The translations under genes and the position numbers were made by a program. Shown here one piece after another: positions 16,779-27,260 of a stretch of 64,000 nucleotides of DNA. How positions within the stretch are numbered: the first letter of the stretch is position 1; the number at the start of each line of letters is the position of its first letter. Under the pieces are notes generated by a model. That model had not been told where the DNA came from, ran no database searches, and saw nothing but the letters and a program-made list of their open reading frames with translations. The stretch spans positions 91,557 to 155,556 of the forward strand of contig NW_005434659.1 in the NCBI RefSeq assembly GCF_000315625.1, in the 5' to 3' direction. The DNA is from Guillardia theta CCMP2712. Taxonomy: Eukaryota; Protista; Cryptophyta.

Positions 16779-18777
16779 AGGGGTGCTAGTATATGGCCGT
16801 GCACAAAAGGGATAGCTCCCAAATTCGTTCTACGCCCACATAACAGATTTCCTATACCAAGAGCTTCCGAGGCGGTGATAGGAGAGAAATCGTGAATTGC
16901 GAGGGGGGAGAATGACAGAGAACTAGGTTTCAGTGAGATATCAGGAGGAGCTGGGAGGCGGTTGGCAGAGAATGCAGCGGGAAGGAACGGGAAAGGAGCG
17001 GATAGGAGGGAGGATCGTCACGCTGCTTGAGGAGAGGAGGCCAGAAGTACATGGGGTGGGTGGGTTATCTCTGTATAAAAAGTAGGGTGGGGGTGTAAAA
17101 GGTTGTGTTTTTGGTGGTATTGGATGGGGTGATATCCCAGAGATTGTATGGGGTAGGGTCATGTGGTATTCAGCTTTGACGGTGGGTCATCAATATGGAG
17201 GGTGGCATAAGTCTTGGGGTGCATTTCATTGATCATGTACCGGTACTTCGATGTTATGTCAGGGGGTTCTGAAATGATGGGTTCCTTTTTCATGGGGTCG
17301 GAAAGGACATGGAGGGGTACGAGTGGGGTCAGGGTAGTCTGGGGAGGGTAGGGGTACACTTGAAGAAGTCACACCACCCTATTGTGAGATAATATTCCAC
17401 CAACAGGCTAGGTACAATGATACCCCACACCTTCTGATCAAAATTTTTAATAATAGTGGGGTACCTGATACCACCCGTGGTACCTCGAGGCGTGATCAGG
17501 ATCAAAGCCTTGGGTGATGGTCGAAAACGACCCCCTTATGATATTGGTCAGGGGGTAGGGGTAGGGGGGTTCTGGACGAGATGTTGGGGGCTTCAGCAGT
17601 ACGAGGGGATCTTATCATTTAGTATGAAAACAAGGGGTACTGTGATACAACTTAGGGGGTGGTTATCCATGGAATTGAGAGAAATATTTTGTGACGCCTA
17701 GGGTGGGGTAAGGTACCAAGGCAGGGGAAAGGGGGGGGTCACTTCAGTAGTGGATACCAGGGAGATGGGGGAGGTTTTGAGCAGATACTACGATATTTTA
17801 TAAGATAAAATTTAAACCCGTGATCTGGTTTTAAGATCAAAACGTTTGAATGCAACCGTTCGGGTTTCGCAGCTTATGAAAATGGATCCTGGGGGGCATA
17901 ACGGTGTTATTCCTGTGGTAAATGAGGTATTTCTAAAAAGTATTTATAACGGGGGTCATATCTCCTCGATACCAGATAGTTTTCCGATATGTCTTATTTT
18001 CGAAATTCCTCTTGGGGCGCAACTAACCTTTCCAATCGAAACGATGGGGGTTTGGGACAAACCTAGAGGGTACCTAGATTGCTCTAAATTTTTGTTAAAG
18101 TTTTTGAAGTTCGCCTCTGTATTGAATTAGCCAAAATGTTGAGGACAGTGCTGTAATGCTTCTCACAAAGTCGATGTATTGCTGACTGTCTTTTTTGCTG
18201 TGCTGAACGGTACCATATAAAACCTTCATTTTATAGTAAAATGAATACTTGAACTGAAAAAGAATTTTAAGGGACTCGTGCAGGGCATGTGGACGTAGAG
18301 ACGGGGTCGTATCTGAAAAAAATGGAGGGGGCTCCCCATGGAGGAGGTAGGTAGGGAAATAGTGTGGGTAGGGTACTCGACAAGGTCGGGATTCAGCACC
18401 ATGGGGTATACACAAGGTTTTGACAGAGGACGCACAACAGAGAAACTGAGGGAGTAGGGGTATAGATTTACACCTTCAGACTTCGGGTACCCTACAACCC
18501 CTTGGAAATATTTTCAGCTCAACCCTATATGTGCAGCGTAATTTAGGGGGTGGGGGTGATTGTCCAGATTACCTCTTGACAACGAACAGGTGTAACATTT
18601 GTAGAAATGGGGGCCAGAGGAGACGGACCTGAAAACTCCGCAAATGTGAAGAGCTCAAGGAGTTTTAAATGGTGCCTTGAAAAAGAGGAGAGCTAAAAGC
18701 ATTAAAATTCCCCGGGGGCCGGCCCGCCGGCTCCACGACCGGCATCGGGTGAGATTTTCGGGGGAATGGGCGTAAAC

Positions 18778-21700
18778 ATGCTGGAACTGGACGATGGAGG
18801 GTGGAGGATAAAGACAGCGAGAGAGGAGAGGAGGAGGAGGAGATCTTCGTTCCTCGCTACCACAACATCGCACACACCCTCCCCTTCATCAAAGAACTTC
18901 GCATCGCGCAGCGCGAAAGCCTTCGGTTGGCGAGTCAAGTGCAAGAATTTGCTCCAAGTGTCAGCGTGGAGGAGGAGAGGAGGGCTATGCACTGGAAGAC
19001 TGGTGGTCACGGACGAAGCCAGCGAGAGAGAAGAAGAGGTTCGAGGAGTCGGACTCTGCAGGATCAGAAGGTATTGTGGACAGATAGTGGGCGAGAACAT
19101 TCCGCGTTTACCTGCGTGGATCGAGTTTGGAGAGAAGGAAGAAGACAACGTATTGATATGGCGAGCAGAGATCGAGAGCTGTGAGGAGCCTATCTTCCTT
19201 GAGACTATCACCATGTTTGACGGAGAGGTGACGACCGAGCTGTCAGCTTCGCATGCTATCCAGCAAACTCGCACTCGCAAGATGGAAATCTTGATGTGGA
19301 CCTTCATCAGCCTGGCTCTCTTCCCTATTGCCTTTGCCTCCCTCAAGGTGCCTCGGATGCTGCTGATGCCTCTTACGGTCCTCTCCTCCCTGCTGTTGGC
19401 CTCCGTCATCCCCAAACTTCAATGCCGCTACGTAGGAATGGAGGAGGTCTGGACTTCGGCGATGTTGAACGGTTGGCAAAGTTTCAGCTATGCAGGAGTG
19501 ATCAAGTTTTCCGCGTGCTTCGGCGTTCTTGGCTCCATCAGGAGGCTTCTCTGCAGGTTGAACATCTTGCCGCTTCAAGTCAGACAACAAACAGGCTGGC
19601 TCTTCTCCGGGCCCTTTCATGATGGTCTACCTACCATCTCAACCTTGTGACCTTTCTAACGATTTGCTGCAAGGTGCAAGAATGCCGCCCAACCCTCTGT
19701 TTGGGAGGTTGAGGTTCCTGCCGAGTAGCTTCGGTCCAGGCATCGTCCGCAAGTATGCTCCTTGCGTCAGCGACATGTTCGCCGTCCTCTACGTCAGGAT
19801 GGATGAGTTTCCGGGCCATTCAAACGCGACGTTCCAGTTTGTTGCGGGGTTCTTGTCTCAGGTCAGAGATCGGGCGGGTCGTTGCAACTTGTCTTCTGAC
19901 GATTTGATCAACTGCAGCGCGAACAGTTCGGGTGCATCGCTCTCAACCCGTGGAAGCAGCATGTCAGCATGCATGCCAGCTGCGACGGGATTCTGTTTTC
20001 GAAGCACAGCAAGGCCTCCTCCTCCCTCGGCTCGTTGCAGTCAAGCGGCGATATGGCGAGAGGAGCCAACAAAGTTCGAACAGACTGGGCGATCATGTTG
20101 TGGTCGGATGGGGACACATTCGAAAGTTATCTCAAGGCTGTCGGAGAGCATTGTCGAGCGAGGGTACCGGCAGACTGCGAGCAGGATGGAGGGGATTTGA
20201 GTGCGTGCGAGTTGGGTCCGGGGATGCCGACGGGCTGGTGCAGCTGGTATGAGTACATGGAGAAAGTTTCGGAGCAAGACTTAGAGTTGAACGCGCGCAA
20301 GCTGCACGGATGGCTGAAGCAAGGGGTCGACTTGAGGGTGTTACAGCTCGACGACGGATATGTCGATCACTGGGGAGACTGGACCAAGAGCTCAAAGAAA
20401 TTCCCGGAGGGAGCGGGGAACGTCGCAAGCATTGCCGGGAGATATGGCCTGGCAGGAGGTGAGTCAAGAGTTGTTCCCTTAGCTTCTTTATGTTTGTTTC
20501 TCGTCCCAACGACTCTGTCTGCAGGACTCTGGATTGCGCCGTGGGCTGCGGATAAGGATGCTCTTGTCGCAAAGGAACATCCTGAATGGGTTCTCAGAGC
20601 AGACTCGTGGGGAGATGCGTACAAGTCGCCATGGCTGTGGCTGCTGGACTTGTTCTCGTCAAGAGCTGCCAACAGTGGATTTACACACCCGGGAAAGTGG
20701 TTCTACGGACTAGATGCTACTAATCCTGAGTGAGGGCTGGGAAGGGAGGGCGGGCGGAGAATCTGACATGCCTTGCCAGGTGTCGAGCGCACGTGAAGTC
20801 TTTCATCCAAGAGTTCGTGCAGCAGCACGGCATCAAGTTCCTGAAACTCGACTTCCTGCATGCAGCAGCCCTCCCAGCGCTGCATTTTGATCCAGCGCTC
20901 ACAAGAGCTCAGGTGAAGCTCCTTCTGATGCCGACCCTCGACCTGATGGCGTGTCGAGGTCTTTCAACTCGCCCTGCAGACTCTCCGTGAAGCCGTGGGC
21001 GATGCTTTCTTCCTGGCTTGTAGCTGCCCAATGGGTGCAGCAGTGGGATGGGTCGACGCGATGAGGGTATCAGCAGACACAAACCTCTCTTGGAAGCCGG
21101 TCTTGACTCGCTCGCCTCGTTGCCTTGAGTCTGACTCTGAGGCTCAGTGGCCGATCTGGTGGGACAAGACCAACTTGCCGTCGGGGAGGAACATGATGCG
21201 CAACTCGCTCGTCCGGCATCCTATGCATGGCGTGTGGTGGATGAACAATCCTGACTGTCTGGTGCTCGCAAGGTGTTTCTCACTCTGCCTTCCAAGTGAC
21301 CCCCGTCTGATTCTGCTGCAGTTCCGATCGCGATGGTTCAACCAAGCAAAGTTACGCTGAGGCCATTGGGAAAGCAACTCTAGCAGGTAAGCCACATCGA
21401 TCCGCAGTCAGAGTCAGTGAGTCTGCGGGCAGGAATGACCGGGGGGCTTCTGTTTCTTTCCGACGATCTGCTCTCCCTCCCCGTAGAGCGACTCCGCATC
21501 CTTCAGTGTCTGTTTCCCCCGCTGCACTCCCAACCCAGGTCGCTCGTTCTACCCGCGCACGTCATCTTCCATGGTCAGAGCGAATGCCCTGAGGTTCTAG
21601 TCAGCGAGGTCTGCTGGTCCTCTGCTGGGGGGTGAGGGTGGAGTTACTTGCAAGCAGCTGACAGGGCCGGAGGGCACCTGGATGTTAGTCGGCCTCTTCA

Positions 21701-22487
21701 ATCTGAGCGACCACCATGACGCCCGGGCTATCGCCCTCACGTCTCTCCCCCTCCACCTCCGAGACGACGAAGAAGTCAGAGAGCCTCCTCTTTTCCCCTC
21801 GGGTGACCTTCCTGCAGGTCGTGGTGTATGACTTCTGGAACGGACAGGTCTGCACCTGTACCTCCAGCCACAGCTCGTCTCACTCTCCCCGCAGTGTACG
21901 AGAGGCTGGGCCTCTGCCATCTGTGCCATTCAGATCCCCGCGCATTCCGCTGCTCTCCTTGCTGTGAGTTGCGTCAGAGCGTCCCGGAGCCGCTGATGCT
22001 TGCTCTAGGTGCGGTACAGGAGGACGCGGGAGGAACCGAGCTACCTGGGCTCAGACCTTCACTTCTCGTGCGGTTTGGAGCTGAAGAAGTGAGCCAGGGA
22101 CAAGAGTATCCTGTGTTGATCCTGAACCAGGTGGGAGACGGCGGACAAGTCGATATCGATGGAGCTCAGCGTCCCCAGAACTGCTCAAGGGAGCGTTTGG
22201 ATCAGTCTGCCGCTCGAGGACTGTGAGGTAGAGCTGCAGTCGCATGTCAGCACAGCCCGTGACCTGTGTCGCTGCAGCACTGTAGCGACTCCACACCTCG
22301 AGTGATCGGATCGGCTTACAAAGGAGGAGCCGTCAACAGGGCCTCCTCGCCTGGTCCCTCATCTTTCTCTTCCCCTCTGGCTCCGGCTGAACTTGTTGCA
22401 GGAGGGACACCGATGAATTGCATATGGAGGATCCCTGTAGTGGTCGAGGAAGGATGCCAATCGCTGCTCGAGATCTCCTGGGCTTGA
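18778..22487 (+). CDS. Glycoside hydrolase family 36 alpha-galactosidase (multi-exon) with an N-terminal hydrophobic hairpin
   Basis: PTGWCSWY, LQLDDGY..WGDW..KFP, GLWIAP..EHPEWVL, LDATNPE, FLKLDFL (nucleophile), LACSCP..AVGWVDAMRVSADT (acid/base), WMNNPDCL, GGLLFLSDDL. Confidence 0.88.
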
Positions 22488-22515
22488 TCGCCCATGATCA
22501 TCTCCACTCACTCCC

Positions 22516-25337
22516 TCAGCGGACGTGTCGCTTGTGTATGTAAACAACAGGAGGGTCCCATTGGCTCGTCCTTGTAATGGTGTTGTAGTAGAACTTGTTT
22601 CCCTTGTCGTCGTGCTCCAGCCGCCAATGAGGCGGGAGGATTGCTTTGTTCCCAGCCAAGGCAACATATTCTCCTTCTTCTTCGGGCCCTCCATCGCCCT
22701 CGTCCTTCCATGCATGTTTCGGTGACTTGCCCGCGGCACCGCTGCTGTTTTCGTCGGACAGGAACTTTGACAGGAGAGCGACTCTGGTCTCGAGGGTCTC
22801 AACCAGCGACGAGAGCTCGGTCACCTTGAGTTCAAACTTTCCCAGCTTCTCTCGAACTTCTTGCAACTCCTCCCAATCTCGATCGAGGGACGGCATCAGC
22901 AGGAGCTCCTCGTACTCTTTCTCTCTCTCCTCATTGAACCTATCGGTGTCCGTCTTCTTTCCCCAGTAGAACATTGCTCGGAACCTCCGCAGGATCAGCT
23001 TCTTCATCATCGAGCGAAACTTGGTGGCCATGGGGTCGTCTATGCCGTTTCTAGACACCTGCATGAACTTCTGGTTGAGAATGGCCGACGAGATCCTGAC
23101 CAGACCGAAAGTGCAGATGATCTGAAAGAGAAACAAGAGGAAGGAAGCCAGGATTGCATTTGACTGCATCAAGGAAGTGAAGTTGTTGTCTCCGCGCATC
23201 ATCATCTTGTATTGCTCGTAACAAGAATCGAGAAAAGAAGAGAAGTTGGACACGTCTATCCCATATGCCACGAAGAAGCTCACCCCGAATACAATGTTGC
23301 AGAAAAAGATCACCACGAGGAGTGTTGTCAAGTCATCGTAGGACTTGAAGATCGTGTATGAGATGTTTGCAAACCGATCGTTGGTGAACTTGCTGAAGCT
23401 AAAAGCTCGACCCCAAACGAAGATGCTGTTGAACGAAGTCCAATTCCATATCTGTGAGTAAATCCATCCTAGATTCTCGAAGTCTAACTCCGCAAACTGA
23501 AGATGAAAGTGAGAGAGCGTTCACAGTTAGCCAACTTCACCTTGTCGTCTTTCTGCTGTGATGAATTCACGTATGGTATCGATATGATCAGGAATTGTAT
23601 CCGAAACGCTAGACTGATGAAAAACACCAAATACATCATAAGGTTCAGCCATTTCCTTGCAGCTTGTATCAGCTCACGGTTTCAAATTGTTCGCAATTAC
23701 CAAGGGTTTCTCCAAAACCTTGCACCGAGAGCGTTCCATTCGAAGACATCCTGCACGATCAGAAGTAGCACGAACACATGAACAATGATGTCGAAAATCA
23801 AAGCAGCATATTGCCTGCAAACAAACTAGTTACAAACATTCTCCACCTTTGCAAGAACCTCTCTGAAAAAATCCCATCCTGAAAGCGCGAAACGAGCTCA
23901 CGGGAACTACTTTACCTGTCGCGAACATTGCGAGTAAGCATATCAGGACGTTACAAAAGAGAACGCGAATACCGTAGAAGGTGAACTCAAAGAGGAGGCG
24001 GAGGGAGAGGAAGTAGTTGAAGAACGGGTTGTAAAGGTTGATGTCGAACATGACGGCTCGGGTCTTTCGGTCTGTCCATCTCTACTTGAAGTTCAGAGAC
24101 GAGGTGACAGTCGGAGAGCAAGGAGGCGGAACCTGCGACTCGAGGTACTTGAACATGCTCAACACTTCTCCTCTCGTGTAGTTCACGGGGATGTCGATGG
24201 CATATCCCCCGCCCTGTGAATATGCCATGACGAGCATGCGATAAGGGGGAGGAGACCTGCCTCATAGTAGCCCAGGCTTGCCGTCATGGGATAGGAGTTT
24301 AGCTCTGCTGCCGTGCGGTAGAAGAGTTTGGTAGGAGGAGGCCACCCGGCGATGAAGGAGTCGGGCGGCATGTTGGCTGTCGCTCATGTCAGTGAGGAGG
24401 AGAAGAGGGAGGACAGGTCGGACTGTTATCAGGGAAGCAGCTCCTCATGTAGGGCCTCAACCGTGATGGGATGAAGAAGCTCCCGTCCTCGCACGAGACT
24501 TCCTGCGTCCGAACTTGTCTGAGACGGAAAGCTTGTACAATCACGTTATAATGCAGCACTATTCGTTCAAAGTAAGCATGTAGCATCTGAGTACAAACAA
24601 GCGCACCAGTTCTCTTCTGCTGATCGGTATAATTGTCGTGATTGTACCATGTTTCTTGGAAGAGATACTGAGGAACGACAGAGTTCATGTAATTCCAAAA
24701 GTCTGACTGGGTAGAAATGTTCTCGAACGTCTTGAAAAATGGATCCACAGGAAATGGCCTGTTTACATGAAGTCAGAATGTCAAGGATAAAACGTTCAAC
24801 TGATACATTCCTTTTCATGATGACACTTCTGACCGTGTCGACATAGTTGTATGCATCATGAACATCGCGCTGAAGGTATGTAGATGTCGTGAAAAGAAGC
24901 AGGAAGCAGGCGTAGAACACGACTTCTCGGACCTTCTGCCTGCGAAATATATCGATAGCTTCCTGCAGGTTGATGTTTGCCTTGGCCTTCATTCCAGCAG
25001 CTTGCAGCAGGCGACGAGCATACGCAGCATGTTCCGAGTCTGCATCCTCCGACTCCACTGTCTCTTCCGTTTTCAACATCGTCGACAAGAGCCAGAACAA
25101 GTTGCGGAGGGCTCGACCTATCGCACGATGCTGCTGCCTTCTCGTTTTCCTCCTGCCACGAGCTCCTCGTCCTCGTCCTCTCCCTTTTCCTCCTTCTCCT
25201 CCTCTGCCAGCCGTGTGCGACTCCCCGCCATTACAGTAGCAGTAGGCCCGCCTGGGAGCTGAGTGCAGTTGACTAAAACCACTCCAATACGAGAGCTGCG
25301 AGGGTTCTGACGGACTTGTTCTGCTCCTCGTTGCCAT
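22516..25337 (-). CDS. Polycystin-2 (PKD2/TRPP)-like channel with a C-terminal coiled coil and WW domain
   Basis: TM1 REVVFYACFLLLFTTSTY. TOP domain: FENISTQSDFWNYM..WYN..RLRQVR..C, GGYAIDI, WTDRKTRAVMFDINLYNP..F..LRLLFEF. NPWKWLNL, pore FSSFLDSCYEQYKMMMRGD, S6 helix, and WW LPPHWRLEHDDKGNKFYYNTITRTSQWDPP. The 5' end is uncertain (25231 or 25337). Confidence 0.88.
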
Positions 25338-25398
25338 GCGGCGGGCTGGTATGGAGTACCAGGTCTCTTTACTGGTTTACAATACAGCACTACTACTG

Positions 25399-26957
25399 CT
25401 ACACGAGCATGAGCTCGTCCGCTAGGCCCCTGCGACAGAAATGAGATCGAGGCAGGTGCAAGAGCAAAGCATGATGCATACATACCATGGCACAAACATC
25501 TTCTTCTGCTCGTCAAAGACGTAACAAAATGAAATGTTGTGCTTTGCACAGGCGTCTCGCAGGCTGCATACCCATACCTCGAACTTGTTGAGAATCATAA
25601 GATCTCCCAGTCCTCCGCTCTTGTGTGTCTGGTTTCCTCTTCTGATTCCCTCCATGATCTCATCCCATGTCTGCTGCATCTGACAGTGGGGATAGACTGA
25701 TGCGAGGAACTGAGGCCGCAATTCAACCTCATTGCTCGTGCCATAATCCAGCGTCACGTTCATTACATTCCAGCTCTCCACTTGTACCGGACCAGATACC
25801 GTATCAGAGGGTGTAAGAACACTTGTGATATTCAACGTGATCTCTTGCTTGCGGCCAATGGCGTTTTGAATTCTGTACAAGAGGATGCTTGTGCTGTCCC
25901 GAAGAAATGACGTTCCCTTCACACTAACGGAGGTGTTAGCACCTTTCATGCCGTTGACTGTTGCTAAAACGTTTGAGAAGGGAGGAAGTTTGAAGGTAGA
26001 TGGAAACTTCACGAAAATGCTTCCGCCCACTGGGATACCTGTGACAGTCTTGAACGTGACTTGAGCAGAGGTTAGCTGTGAGGAGAGAGGTGTTGACAAA
26101 GATAGATTCACATAGGACAATTTGTTCCTCGTCAGAATCACAGCAGTATTTCCGGTTCTGCTGAACCAATAATGCGTCATTCGGTTCAACTGTGGATCGT
26201 TGATACGATTGTTATAAAATTTCATCTTGTAACTGGGAACTTTTGTAGTTCCACGCAATTCGTCTGTTGCATCAAAAATCTGGATTCCAAATTGTACTTT
26301 GCGCTGTTGCAGCGCACCGGGAATCTCGCCAGGAGTATACAACGGGTTGACAACTCCAGATATCGTGAAGTGAATTCTTTGAATTGTGCCTCTCACATCT
26401 GATGATTGGACATCAGCATCTGTATCTGAATACGTCATCATCTCAAACATGTTCGTGCAAGAAGTGCTCGAGCACGGGTCAGATGAGCCAAACCAAGTTC
26501 CTACTAGGACGTTGTCGGTCACCGCCGGCTCTATGGTCAATGACCCTTTAGAAGATGGAGCAATTTTGATGAAGCCAGCTCGGTTTGTAATTCCTTCGAG
26601 TCCAGTCACCCCCTCTCCAAACCTTCCTCCTCCTGATATGTTGACAACGGAGTTCGATACATTGAAGCCATACGGGAATATTACTCTGATGATTGTGTAC
26701 TTCAGCTGAGTGTTGCTGTGATAGATAGCTGGATTGATCCCAGCGACAGAATATATCGGATACAGGTCGATAGACACGTACACGCTGACATCATTGCCGA
26801 CGCCCAAGCTTGAAACGGAGATGTTGGCGTCAACAGGCAGGACACAATCTCCAGCAGGACATGAATCAACATGGGTTAGGTTGTAGCTCATTGTTTGAGC
26901 TGTCACTGTGTGAGGAACAACAATGGAAGCAAGGAGGAGGAGGAGATGGGATGTCAT
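25399..26957 (-). CDS. Secreted beta-strand-rich (Ig-like) protein; separate gene or N-terminal part of the polycystin
   Basis: 511-aa ORF with signal peptide MTSHLLLLLASIVVPHTVTA, many N-x-S/T sequons and a VTFKTVTGIPVGGSIFVKFPSTF-type module. A GTATGT..CAG intron leads to WGLADELMLV* (stop at 25399). Confidence 0.7.
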
Positions 26958-27260
26958 GATGTTGCAGCGTCAAGTTATCTCCCTCTTGTCTTGGCCTCGC
27001 TCTTCGCTTGTCATGCACTCATAAAAAGAAGTAACGATTCTGCTCTTCTTGAAACTGCCGGGCGCCTGCTCGGCTGGGGCCGGGAGCGGCCCGGAAGCTG
27101 AACTCCGAAACGACCCTGGGACTGAACAACAACTAAGACGAGGGCTCGTAACCTGTCCAAGTACCCTCAGTCCGTCGACCAAAAGACAGCAACCTCTTCC
27201 TATCCAGTCTACTAGCATGAACGTGTAGGGCAGCAGTCCAACTCTAGGTTGGGCTATGGC

